DNA of 64,000 bases from Eledone cirrhosa. Lineage: Eukaryota. Both the position numbers and the translations under genes were made by a program. Location of the stretch: NCBI GenBank assembly GCA_964016885.1, contig OZ024742.1, forward strand, positions 238,700,001-238,764,000. The letters are read 5' to 3'. Of this stretch, positions 1 to 12,464 are shown piece by piece. Below the pieces are notes generated by a model. The model saw only the letters and a program-made list of their open reading frames with translations, made no database searches and was not told the origin of the DNA. Each line of letters starts with the position of its first letter. Position 1 is the first letter of the stretch.

Positions 1-1189
1 GTGATAGTGCTGGAGTTATGATAAAATGCTCCCAGTATACACTGTAAAGTTGTTGGCATTAAGAAGGGCATGCAGCCGTAGAAATCTAAGCCAGAAACAG
101 AGAATACAAGTAAATGTGATTAAGTGACCAATCGTTCCTCAGAACATGACAACCCATCTAACCTAAGCAAGCCTAGAAAACAGACATTAAATCATAAGTG
201 CAAAGACCCAGAGCAAATAGGACAAGACTTATTTTTGATGATGGTGCCCCAACATGGCCATGGCCAATTGTCTGACAAAGGGGTAAGTTATAATCTGGCA
301 TTCTAATGAGTTTATCTTTGCCCTAGACTAGTACTTTATTTTTCAACCCCAAGAGTGAGATTTGAACCCCAAATGCTAAGAACTGAAACAAAATACTGGT
401 GGTTGGTAGGTCACAGCAGGATTTGAACTTAGAATACAAAGAGCCAAAATACATACCACCTTAAACAAGTTCTTTATTTATCAACCCCAAAAGAATGAAA
501 GGCGAAGTTGTGGGATTTGAATTCAGAATGCAAAGCGACAGAAAAAATACCACAATTGCTTTTTGACCACCTCTCTAACACCTCTACCAATTCTCTGCCT
601 TAGTGTAGGTGTAAATATAGATTTCTAATTTAGGCACAAGGATAGCAAAACATTGGTGGAAAGGCAAAATAGACTAAAATAAACCCTAGTACTTGATTAG
701 TACTTCATTTTATCAATCCCAGAAGAATGAAAGGCAAAATTAACTTTGGTGGGATATGAACTCAGAATATAAATAGTCAGAACATATACCACAATGGCAT
801 TTTATCTAATGCTATACCAATTCTGCCAATCCACTACCTTTGTGTAGAAGTAAATATTAATAAATGTGTCATCATTGTTAAAGGTGAGGTTAATAGGCTG
901 AAGAATTATTATCCTATTAACAACAATTCATCAGAGATAGTTAAATATGACAATTAAATATTTAATGGTTTCTAATTTTGGCACAAAACCAGGGGGTTGA
1001 TTATATCGACTCCAGTACTTGACTGCTACTTCATTTTATTGACCCCCAGCAGGATGAAAGGCAAAGTTGACCTCAGAACATAAAAGTGTGCAATAAATTT
1101 TATCCAGCACTAACAATTCTACAAATCCATATTTAAAGATAAAAAAATAATTAAAATAACTCTTTCTTTTAGTTTTTATTTTATTTGAT

Positions 1190-1378
1190 AATAATTGTTT
1201 CTACTTTTGGCACAAGGCCAGCAATTATCCCAGTGCATTACTGGTACTTTATTTTATCGACCCCGTAAGGATGAAAGGCAAAGTTAACCTCGGCGGGATT
1301 TGAACTCAGAATGGTAAGGGCCGTAACTATGCGTCAAAGCATGGTGTCTGACCCTCTACCGATACTGCTAATCCATAA
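1190..1378 (-). mobile_element. SINE copy (same family) between AAT tracts; older degenerate copies at ~330-1130
   Basis: Near-identical to the 20805 and 34657 copies; the core motif aggatgaaaggcaaagtt recurs several times upstream. Confidence 0.85.
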
Positions 1379-3989
1379 TAATAATAATAATAATCTGTTC
1401 TTTTTGGTTAAAATTCCTGGCTTTTGCCTAGGAGGTTACTTAGGTTTGATTACTGACAAAGGAACAGAATTATTTTGGATGATGGTGCCCCAGCATGGCC
1501 ACAGCCAATTATTTTATAAAATAGGTTAGATACAATCAAAGTGAGAATACCATTATCATGAAAGATTTTCTAAAAGACAGTTTCTGGAATGAGAGTCAAT
1601 GCTGTATATACAGCCATATTCCATTAGTAAAAAATGCCATAAAATATATATTTTATAATATTTTTTGAAAATAGTTGCAGATCTATCTTAAAATAAATAT
1701 TAATATGCTAAGTGTTGAAATTTCTTTTAGAAAATTCTTTTAAAATAATTTCTTGAACTAACTCATTTGTAACCATATCATAATGTACTGCACGTTTAAA
1801 TTTTAGAAAAATCTAGAATTTGGAGGGGTTACAAAATAAATAACTTTCTAATATTATGTTTAGAACATAACCAAAAAAAAAAAAAAATCTTACAAGTATA
1901 GATTTAAATTTAAATAAGAACATTAACTCTTAACACCCTGTAATGATTTAGCAGAAAATATATAAAAATGGGCTTGTTAATTCAAATGTTTAGAGAATCT
2001 TTATTAGAGATCATTGTGAAAATTTGCAGTAAAGTAAAGTAAAGATTTAAATTTTGAATGTGATAGAGTCATAGTGCTGTTTTGTACTTTTGAAGAAGGT
2101 CTTGAAATAGCAGCCAATCTGTCTTAAAATATATTTTAATCTATATGTAGAAATTTCTTTTTTTTAAAAATACTATAAAACAATTTTTGTGACCATATTT
2201 CTTATGAATTATACTTCGAAAAATCAAACATTTGGAGGTGGTTTTGTAAAATAGATAACTTTTCTAATATTATATTGGTGTGTAGGACATAAAAAAACAG
2301 TATCGAACTATAATAGATTTAAATTTAAATGTGTAAAATACATTAAGACAGATGGTATTGTTTCATAGAACCAAGGTGGTGTTGAGTAGGCTAGTATGAA
2401 AGGATTTAAGGTATTATTATTATTATTTTCTTTAAATATCAAAGTAAAATAGTAAAATCTGATAAAAACTAACAGGTAAGGGTCTGTGCCAGTAAATAGG
2501 CGACTGTTGTAGATTGAAGCATTGTAGCATGTGTAGAAAATATATGCTTTTTTTACAAGGTTACATCAATACAAATAGAACATTAAATATTAATAATAAC
2601 AGCAACAAAGGAAATATTTAATTGGTCCTTTATAGAGAAAATATGTGGCTTAGTGATTAAGATGTTGGACTCATGATCGTAAGGTCATAGGTTCAATTCC
2701 TGAACAAGGCAGTATGTTGTGGGAGTTGTGACTGACAGATGGTATCAACAATGGAAAAACCAATGGAAACCTTGTTCCCTTTTGATTTGGGGAAATATCC
2801 CCTTGTCAAAATATTTAAAGGAATCAGAGCACATATTTCCAAGTTGATTCCTTTCTTTGACAAGAGGATTTTTCTCTGAAATATAGTAACGATCAATAAA
2901 ATATTTCCAAAGTAACATTTCGATACCTTTTTTATTGTTATTTTTAATATTTAATGTTCTATTTGCATTGCTGTGGCCTTTTAAAATATAAAAAACAAAC
3001 TATTTTCTAAGTATAAAATGTTTGCAAAGTGGAATAAATTAAATTTATTGTCAGGACAAGGGAAGATTTAATGGTTTGGAGTAGAACCTAAAAAATAGTT
3101 ATGCTGTGACAAGGGTTAATATATTAAGACAATGTAACAACAGTGGATTGCTTTCAATAAATAGGCTAGATGTGATACAGAATGGAATGAATGTGAAAAC
3201 TTCACCAAAGGAAATACTTAACTGAGTGACGAAATATATCTCAGTTGAGTATTTAACACCATTCTGGTTTCAATTAAACTTTGTGTATCTAGTTTAGAAT
3301 AGGTACACATATGCTGTGCATGTTGTAAGCGACAACAAGAAAGATTAAGGACATCTGGCTGCAAAACATTGCCTCAAAAAGTATGAAGCCTGTCATGGAG
3401 TCTGCTTGGCTGGTCTCTGTTTTAGCAGGGAAAAATGACCTTAAAAAGAAGCCCATGATTAGTATGGAGCCCATTTTGGAAAAATGGTCTTAAAAGGCTT
3501 GTATTTTGGCATCAACCATGGAACATTTATCCAGCATAGAGACCAGATCCTCTGATTTACATGTAGACAAAGAATATGTAAATTTTCAGTGCTAGATATG
3601 AACTGAGAGGAAAAGGTTTTAAAGCTGTCTTTGCTTAAGATTTCGGTTAGAAAGGAAGCGACAGAGTTATCCCTACATTAGGGCTTCACTCACTGGCTGA
3701 TCAAAGCGTGTGATATAAAAATGTTTTTAAAAAATCGTCCCCACTCCCCACAACCTGAAACAAACAAACTGCATACCCAACTGGACAGTTTATTTGTTTT
3801 AGTTTTTGTTCATCTTTGGCTTTAACAAAAGATTGCATTAATATATAATATATATCATCATTGTTCAACGTCCATCTTCCACGCTAGCATGAGTAATATA
3901 TATATATATGTGTGTGTGTGTCTGTGTAGATATCCATAGATGAAAGATCAAGGATAACACTACTCAATCTGTTGCCAGAGAGCTTATTT

Positions 3990-4458
3990 AGTATAAACAG
4001 TTTTATACACTTAACATTTATGTGCTACCATTGGTTTCGGGGTCCAGTTATGGTCACCATTGTGTATTGGAGGAGGCACTTTTAAAACTGGCCCTTCGTT
4101 CAGGCATGTGGACAAAGATATGATCTGAGAAGTGATCCTCCCTTGACGAATCCTTCCTCCAAACTGTGGAGACCTTTATATTTGAAACAGGGGAGATAAA
4201 TCTGGCTTGGAATCTATATTAATTTTTCAAGTTCTCTAGAGTTTTTTGTTTTTTGTCTAATCAAGCAACCAAGGTAGGTGAGGAGGAAGGATTCATTGAG
4301 GAAGAACCACTTCCCATTTTATATTTTTGTCTGCATGCCCAAAAGAAAGGCCAGTTTTTAAAGTGCCTCCTTCAATACACTGTGGTGGCCATAACTTGAC
4401 CCCGAAATCAATGGTAGCACATAATATATGTTAAGTGTTTGGAACTTTGTTTATACTA
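3990..4458. mobile_element. Inverted pair of Penelope-like terminal repeats with degenerate hammerhead cores
   Basis: Arms ~3990-4160 and ~4281-4458 are diverged reverse complements. The left arm (minus) reads CTGAACGA-gggccagtt...aactggaccc-cGAAAccaatggta. Confidence 0.6.
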
Positions 4459-4650
4459 TATATATATATAAATATATATAATTTTAAATGTGCATGTATT
4501 CGTTAAATATAGTATAAAATTTCCAATAATAGACATACTTAATGCAATTGTATCGATGAAACGATTTAACGAGCAAAGTCCTTTTGTCAGATAATTGTAG
4601 CAGCACTAATCAAATTTTTTTTTTAAATGTTTTGTTTGTTTTTTTTTCAA

Positions 4651-4841
4651 TTAATTTAAGCCAATTGACTCCATACAGCCACTGTTACCCTGTAATGACA
4701 AGCCACCTATGATATAGAGCCTGCCATCATACATAATATAAGCACATGAACTGTGTGAGCTAGGAATATCTGAGAGAGTTGACCAGGTACCACTAGTAGG
4801 ATCATAACATTCCACTACACTCAATGGTTGACCCAAATTTC
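4651..4841 (-). CDS. KLHDC8: KLHDC8-like terminal coding exon
   Basis: Acceptor gaacag|GA; GNLGQPLSVVECYDP...W...LYIIGGLSLQG...GLN*. The five exons sum to 1026 nt = 341 aa + stop, with all four introns phase 1. Confidence 0.9.
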
Positions 4842-5331
4842 CTGTTCGAAAGAAACAAAGAAAGAAAAAAATAATTAATAATCACAAGATATCAATTTAA
4901 AAAAAATAATTATGTAATAATTTAATTAGCTACAAAGAAGTTGCTTAATACAAAATCTTTCCTTTACTGATTATCCAGTCTAGAATCAGTACACTGTAAA
5001 CCTGTGTGTCATAAGAGACTAAAAGGGTTGGTATCAGGATAGGCATGTGGCTGTAAAACATTGCTTCGAAAAGACCTGTCAAGCCCATGCTAGTATGGAA
5101 AAGTTGATAATGATAGAACTGAAACTGGAGCTCTTAAAAATAAAATAATAATAATAATGAAATTATTGTGTAAAGTGCTCAGGTGCACTACAACTCATCA
5201 AAGGTGCATGTATAGATTATTAAAACACTCAAGAAACCTCCTAAGAGATGTAACCCCATAGAAGGCTGGTTAAACTGGCATGGGGTACAAGCCATATCCA
5301 CAACTACAACAAACAATATTTCAGTACTTAC

Positions 5332-5424
5332 CAAATCCACCAGCGCATACAATTTTTCCAGCAATCATACCAATTGCAAAGTCCCCTCTCTTGGTAGGCA
5401 TCGGGGGACAGTTCACCCAGCTAT
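5332..5424 (-). CDS. KLHDC8: KLHDC8-like coding exon 4 (not in ORF track)
   Basis: Acceptor ttacag|AT; NSWVNCPPMPTKRGDFAIGMIAGKIVCAGGFG; donor G|GTAAG; 93 bp. Confidence 0.9.
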
Positions 5425-6325
5425 CTGTAAATAATTAACATATCAACACCAATATTTTATTATTAACAATGGCATAACAATTAAAAAAAAGTTAATTATG
5501 TTCTTTAATGAGGATTAATGTAGGATTGATAGGTGACGAATTGGCACAGAGTTTAGAATGTCAGATGAAATGCTTTGGTTTCTTGTATCCTGACTTCAAA
5601 TCCCACCAAGGTCAAGTTGGTCTTTCATACATTCAAGGTCGATAAAAAAAGTACTCGTCCAATCCTGGAATTGATTCTTCCTCCACATCCTTTCTCTCTT
5701 CTTCTGTAGAAGATATTGGCTGTGTTCAGACCTGGAGAGATGGGTTCTACCAGGTTTTAAAAAATGCCCAAGAAACACCATATGTTGCTACAGCACACTG
5801 ACTCCACCAGGAGTTACAGGTACAAAGAAGAAAGAATATACGATTGAATACATAGCGCATTTATCCTTTCTTGTATTTTTTACTGTTTTATTGTGTGTGT
5901 GTGCGTGCATGTGTGTGTGCATGTGTGTCTATTTAAAATGTTGGGAGACCATAAATTAACAGTATTCATATAGGATAAAAAGGACTCTTTAGTCTTGTTG
6001 AAGATATAACCTTCTGAGTGATGGTGTCATGATAAAATGCATCCAGTACACTCTGTAAAGTGATTAGTGTTATGAAGGACATCCAACCATAGAAACCATG
6101 TCAAAAATGAAATGTACTGAACCAGATGTGATCCTCCAATACATCTATGAAGATAGTTACTTTGAATAAGAACTGATTTGAACCATGAAGACTTGTTCAT
6201 CCTATGCCAATATGGGGAACAGACGGAAAGCAGACATAAGGTTGATAAGTGTGACAGTTCAACAAAACATTTTTTTGTTTTTCCTTTGAGTAAAATCAAT
6301 AGAACTCGTGCAATAAAGAACTTAC

Positions 6326-6532
6326 TTTCTACAATGTTATAACATTCCAAGATATTTGAGAATCCGTCCTCTGCTTTTTGATTTAACCCTCCAACACTGA
6401 AAATATGCATGTCGTCAGTAACATACATAGCAAAAACTCGTTTTGACGGGATATTTGGTAAAGCCTCCCATTTATTTGAAGAGAAGTCAAACTTTTCAAA
6501 CACATCGACGGGAAGTTTTCCTTGACGTCCAC
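6326..6532 (-). CDS. KLHDC8: KLHDC8-like coding exon 3
   Basis: Acceptor cattgcag|GT; GGRQGKLPVDVFEKFD...WEALPNIPSKRVF (KLHDC8A recalled as GGRQSK...FPNIPYKRAF); donor A|GTAAG; 207 bp. Confidence 0.9.
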
Positions 6533-6929
6533 CTGCAATGAAAAAAACAAACTGCTAACCTTTCATAACCACATACTAAGATGGGCATGGTGAAATACCT
6601 TTTACCTTTTCATTACCATATATCTAAAGTGTGGTTAGAAAAAGCTACCTCACTTACCGCTTTCACAGGCGCCGCTAAATCCCATGGCTGGTTTCTCCTC
6701 CCCCACGTGCGTACAATCCAACTCGTTAACCGGGAGCTGCAAAATTGACATACACCATGTTCCTGATCACCCTAGAGAGAGGCCGACCTGCTTGCCCTTC
6801 CGGTCGAGCACTCCTCAGCTTCCGGCCACCGCACACCACACCATACCCCTCCCCCAAGGATCAATTTCCCCCTTGTCATGCTGCATATGAAAGTCTGCTG
6901 TCCAGGTTGGTGGTTTGCGACTTCTTTGC

Positions 6930-9668
6930 AATCTCCACAGTGTTGGGGGCGGCACTTTGGGTTTCCTCTTCCTCGTAGTCCGTTGACATCCAGAACATGA
7001 CGTGGTACTCCGTCCATGGACACATTGTTCTGGGAATTTACGGCCGTCACCATTCCCCTTCCCCATTGAGATGTGCAACGTGCATCTGGGGTCTTAACCC
7101 AGACTTCTTCGCCCACCTGCACGAATGCATTCTCTCTCCCCACTGGCCATTGTGGTGGCGTGCACGGGTGCCGCCACTCGTATCTGAATACTGCTCTGTG
7201 TGGCACCGATTTCTCAACCTGTCCCATCCGAAGAGACATGTACCAGAACACTGCCTCCATTGGTGAGATGTGGCCCCGCTCCGCCATTGCTTTGATCGTC
7301 CGGTGGTGTCGCTCCACGATTCCATTTCCGCTCGGCCTGTACGCTGCTCTGAAGAAACGGTCCACCTTCCATCCATCGAGCATCTCCCTCAGCGCCTCCA
7401 AGCGGAATGCTGCGCTGTTGTCCATCAGCAGTTCGTCCACAGGGCCTTGCTCCAAGAACACCTCCCTCAACGTTCGCATGATTTCCTCAGCCGTTCCAGT
7501 CTTCATCTCCCTCCATATTGCCATCCGTCCCGGTCCACAGTCGACCATCGAGAGGTACGTTACCTGTCAGTAGTGTGTTACATCCACCGCCAATTGCTTC
7601 CAGTCGCAATCCACCGGGAGGCTTCCCGTTTCGTGCACACCCGGGGTGGGATCAATGGACTGACATCGGACGCAGCCTCTAACCACTCTTTGAACACTGT
7701 GTCTGTTAACATCTGAGTCGATTCTCCTGGCTAGGAACAGAGTCCTATCCACTCCCATGTGGTGCATGTCATACAACCCTTTCAGAACCGACTCGGTCAG
7801 CCGACACACGGCAGCTATCTCCTCTTCTACCTCCTCCGGCGCTTCCATCCAGGCTTTCTTCACCCTGGTTAAAACGCCCGCCCTATTTTTCTCTGAGGGC
7901 ACGAAAACTACGCTCAGCCTCAGGTCGAACTCGGTGGCCAGCTCTCCTAAATTTCCTAGGCGGCGCTTTATCAGCATCTCCGCCGCCCCTCTCGTTTGCA
8001 CTCTCTTCTCACTGGTGAGCACTGATCTCACCTATCCGAGTACAGTAGCCGAGTCGGTGCGTATCTCGATGGTGCGCAGTCCCGACCTCAGGGCGAGGTT
8101 CACCCCTCTCAACACCGCGTCCAGTTCGGTCACATTGATCACATTGATGTGGTTGCAGTCGTCCTTCTTCCTAAGCCAGGCTGCATCCTCGACCTCAACA
8201 CCTCCTATCTCTAACATGACACCCAGCACTATGCTGCTGGCATCGCACCATACGGTCCCGCTCTGCGATTTGGGAACATAACAGTGTCCCCGCACTGGGT
8301 CGTCGGCCTTCACCCTCTCCACGATCTCCTGCATCATGGCCACCGTCCTCTCTCATACTCTGTCACTCCAAGTCACCCCTCCCGCTCATCTCTTGACATA
8401 GCTGCATAGGAGCCACCCAGCAGTCGGGTAGTGACCCACCAACTTTCCACACGGCGAGAAAAGCTCCCAACTACTCATACTTGGGCCCAGTTCTGGAACT
8501 TCATTTCCCCTCTGGAATACTAACACTCCCGTCCTGTCTCGCCGTAGCCTAAGTGCCAGCGCGGCTCCTGCCTCCAACGCTTCTGACGGCTTCGCAGCCA
8601 GTCCATACCCCTGTAAATGGCTCATGACCTCCGCCGCCGACACTACAGACTTGTCCACTAGGATGTCGTCAATGTAGGAATTAGTGGCCCTCTTCATCTT
8701 GTCGGCCTTTCCCAGAATGGTCTTGAGGACCGCCGCCATGATCTTCGGTGTGGAGCTCAGCCCGAATCTGAGCCTGGTCAGACAATATGTCTGGCCCTTA
8801 TACCTGACCAGCTGATACTGCCAGAGCTTCTCATCTATATGCAATATAAAGTATGCCGACTTTAGATCTACGATCGCGGAACCCCCCCCGTCATGTGTTT
8901 CCACTCACGTAGGGTTTCCCCACAGACCTCGCCACCAGTGTGGCATGACAGGTGCTCGTTCAGCTCCTGAAAGTCCAGTACCAGCCTCACCTTGTTCTTC
9001 GTGGGTTGCGCCACCGCCTATAACGACAATACTCCGCACTTCTCCTCTTTCCAGGGAAGCAGTATGCCCTCCTCAATCCATCTCTCTACCTCTCGCTCGA
9101 ACTCGCTCCTGTCTCCCTTCAATGTGTGTTGATAGCAGCCCACTTTGGTCTTCAGTGTTGGTGGTTCTCCCTTCCAGTACCACTCAACAACCCATCGCTG
9201 CCCATCGAACACGGCCTTGAAGTCTTTGTCCTGTACAGTGTAAGTAGAGTATTTCTCCTTGTGGGCCTTCTGGTTCTCCTGTCGCGTACTTACAGCGCAT
9301 ACCGATGCGGCGCCGCCAAATGACACACTGACGTTGTTCACTGTGACGCCTCCTAGATTGCCCATAACCACGCCGATCCCATCCACCACGTTGTCGACTA
9401 CGATGGCAGAAAGCCTTATTTTCCTTCCCCGTACCGCCATCTCCACCTCACTGCGACCTCGGCAATCAATTTTCCTACCGTCGACTGCCTTTACGCTGCT
9501 CTTCCCTCTCCACGTCTGCGCCACCCCCACGGTCACCAGTGTCATCGTACAGCCCGTGTCCATGAGAGTTCGCTGTGGCTTTCCCCTCACGAAGACTTTC
9601 ACCACGGGCAGTGCCTCTACTCGTAAGGGGCAACTACCGGCGCAGTAGTTCCTCTTGGATCGTTTCCC
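6930..9668 (-). pseudogene. G1 pol (protease, RT, RNase H, integrase), disrupted
   Basis: LMDTGC (PR), DLKSAY and YIDD (RT), WCDASS..ELDA..TDS (RH), HHMG..CVRC, DVTH, MDN, VER (IN), spread over several ORFs by stops and frameshifts. 3' boundary approximate. Confidence 0.9.
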
Positions 9669-10354
9669 TGGTTGCAGCTAGTAGTGATGTGGCCTGGTCG
9701 CTTACACCGGCAGCATATTTTTTCCAGCCTTGACTCTCTACAGTCTCTCGCCATGTGCGCACCCTGGCACCTAAAACAGCGACCGCATGCCGTGGTTGCC
9801 TCCCTTTCACCATTTTGCTGCCAGCTGCATTGGGCCTCTGTAATTGCTATCGCCGCGACACTCTTCTTGGCATCTTCTGCTATGATGCGGGCTTGCTCCA
9901 CCAGTGCACGCATCTCCATTTCTTTGTAACCTGGGACTTGCTGCAATTTCACCGCTATGTCGTCTGGAAATCCATTTATGAACGCCAACCGCACCGTGCG
10001 TTTGCATTCCACCTGATATCCAGCCAACATGGCCAATCGCCGTATTTCCGCTGCGAAAATGTCAACGCGTTCACCGTTCCATCTAATTCTTGCCAGCTTA
10101 GCAAAAGCGGCTAACTGTCGCTCCGCGAACGCTTCCATCATGTGCCTCTCAATCTTTTGCGCATCCCTTTGGCTGTGTCCCTCCATCTCTAGGAAGAGTG
10201 CCAACGCGTCCCCCTCGAGGTACAGTGCCATGAGGCCAACCACATCTATCTTCTGTAAGCTTGCGACCAGCCAGACTTTTCGCAGCCAAGCGACAACATC
10301 GCCTTCACCGGTAAATGCCCTAATCGCTTCGCTCATTCGTAGTCTCATCACCAT
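9617..10354 (-). CDS. G1 gag (245 aa) with two CCHC zinc knuckles
   Basis: CFRCQGAHMARDC and CCRCKRPGHITTSC; open frame. Confidence 0.85.
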   Translation of the reverse strand: MVMRLRMSEAIRAFTGEGDVVAWLRKVWLVASLQKIDVVGLMALYLEGDALALFLEMEGHSQRDAQKIERHMMEAFAERQLAAFAKLARIRWNGERVDIFAAEIRRLAMLAGYQVECKRTVRLAFINGFPDDIAVKLQQVPGYKEMEMRALVEQARIIAEDAKKSVAAIAITEAQCSWQQNGEREATTACGRCFRCQGAHMARDCRESRLEKICCRCKRPGHITTSCNQGNDPRGTTAPVVAPYE

Positions 10355-11294
10355 ATCCTAATTTTGTCTTGCGGTAAGTAATAAAAAACAACAGACTCCT
10401 CTCTGTTTTTCCAGTAGCTTTGTTTTCGAGAAAGTTCTTTTTTTTTTTTATCAATCAGATCTCAGTTTCCAGTGCCGAAATAGCTTGTGGTTAGAAAAAG
10501 CTACCTCATTTACCGCTTTCGCAGGCGCCGCTAAATCCCATGGCTGGTTTCTCCTCTCCCATGTGCGTACAATCCAACTCGTTAACCGGGAGCTGCAAAA
10601 CTGACGTCCACCATGTTCTTGATCACCCTAGAGAGAGGCTGACCTGCTGGCCCTTCTGGTCGAGCACCCTTCCGGCCAAGCACCCTTCCGGTCAAGCACT
10701 CTTCCGGTCGAGCACTCCCCATCTTCCGGCCACCGTACACCACACCATATCCACATAAAGGACACTGCCAGTGTGTTTCAAATATTTTTTTAAATAATCA
10801 ATAATTTGGAGGGATTTCATCATATAACTAATTTTCTCATTATTTTTCTGGTGTTTGGAACATAAAGGTTCTGACAGAAAACTAAAATGGAAGGTTTTTA
10901 GATAAATATAAACACTTTAATTCTTTTGTTACTATACTTCTAATGAAATAAACTACCTGTGTATTGAATTAGATTTCTCCATAACTTTTGACTAAATAAA
11001 ATAGTCTGATAATAACAAAGTGTATAAACCTACTGAATGGAATAAGATGGGCATCATAGTCAAAGTTATGGTGAAATTTTCTAATTCATTATAAAGCTAG
11101 TATTTGGAATATAACTTAAAGGTTCTTGCATAAAATTATGATGGAAAGATTTTAGATAAACACTTTAAAATACCCAGTTTTGTATCATAGAAGCTGGGGT
11201 GGTTTCAGGTGATTTGGTATCAAAATAGTTAAATGTTTGATAGAGTAACCAAAAAATCTAATAACATGGTTGACGGTAATTTTCAAAAACTTAC

Positions 11295-11459
11295 CTATTA
11301 CATAGAGTTGGTTATCTATAAGAAATGAGAAGGTTGCATATCGCTCAGTCGGCATCGGAGGTAGACTTGTCCAAACATTTTTCTCTACATTGTAAGACAT
11401 GAAATAGTTACGAGGGTTTCCATCTGCTGACATACCACCAACAACAATTACATTACCAT
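11295..11459 (-). CDS. KLHDC8: KLHDC8-like coding exon 2
   Basis: Acceptor ctccatag|AT; DGNVIVVGGMSADGNP...WTSLPPMPTERYATFSFLIDNQLYVIG; donor G|GTAAG; 165 bp, frame preserved. Confidence 0.9.
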
Positions 11460-12464
11460 CTATGGAGAAAATAGAGAATAGAATAATAGAGTTTCCATAA
11501 TATTGTTTGTTTTATATAGAAATACAGCTATTTTATACACACACCCCACATAAACAGCACAAACACATACACAAATAGACACATATACACAAAAACACAT
11601 GCAAATATAAATTAAAAATTACAATTGATTCTTTTCTCTGATTTTTAAAACTATAAAAATCACATACATACAAGCATACATCATCATCATCACCGTTTAA
11701 TGTCCATTTTTCCAGGCTAGCATGGGTTGGACGAGTTGTCCTATTGTGAGATAGGCCAGGACAGGTGACCATGACTTGCTCATACAGAACTGATTTTGGT
11801 TTGGTTTCTACAGCTTGATGCCTTTCCTAACTCCAACTATATTTATAGTGAGTACTGGGTGCTTTTTTCCGTGACACCTACAGAATCACTTTACAGTGTG
11901 GGTTGGGCGCTTTTTTGTCATGTCACCTACACGATCACTTTACAATGTGGACTGGGCACTTTTTGTTGTGTCACCATCATGACCACTTTACAGTGTTGGC
12001 TGTCATCCTTCATACACATACCAACACAATCTCCTCTCCTGCACACTGCATCTGATTCCTCTTATGCCTAGTTTCTCTCTCAGTTGTTTATGTTTTGCCG
12101 TTCACATATATTACATATATTACTTTTACACATCCATTGAAACATGCAAGCTTCATTTATTTCCAATCTTCACAGCGCCTAGTCCTCACTACTATGCAAT
12201 ATTGTTGTTCGTATCCATGAATCATACAATCTGTTTTTCATATATGTACAGATATATGTACTTTATAAACAACAATCAAAGAGTGTTTAGAACATTTAAT
12301 CACTTATGATCATTTCATCCTAGCACAAGGCCAGAATCATCGGAGTATATAATAAAGGTTGAAACACAGATATATCAGAAGTTTGTCAAAATTGTATATG
12401 TGTGTATATATTTCACCATCTTTATGTCTGTTTTTCCACACTTGCATTTATATATATGTATATA

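Larger units (their letters stand above)
6630..10755 (-). mobile_element. Compact (~4.1 kb) Ty3/Gypsy LTR retrotransposon, full-length but decayed, in KLHDC8 intron (element G1)
   Basis: LTRs at 10486-10755 (5') and 6630-~6850 (3'); TGTGG...CCACA termini; 5-bp TSD TAAAG (6625-6629, 10756-10760); domain order gag-PR-RT-RH-IN; inserted inside a piggyBac-like MITE. Confidence 0.95.

Noticed and set aside
6027-6325. ORF-track extension of kelch exon 3
   Set aside because: Intronic read-through past the GTAAG donor at 6325; kelch similarity stops there.
10471-10480. AGTGCCGAAA as a canonical tRNA-Phe 3'-end PBS
   Set aside because: Wrong strand and orientation for G1, lacks TGG, and not shared by G2; it follows from acceptor-stem symmetry.
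10650-10716. Short direct repeats as a CRISPR-like array
   Set aside because: Contiguous 16-bp tandem units with no spacers, inside an LTR in eukaryotic DNA; no cas genes.
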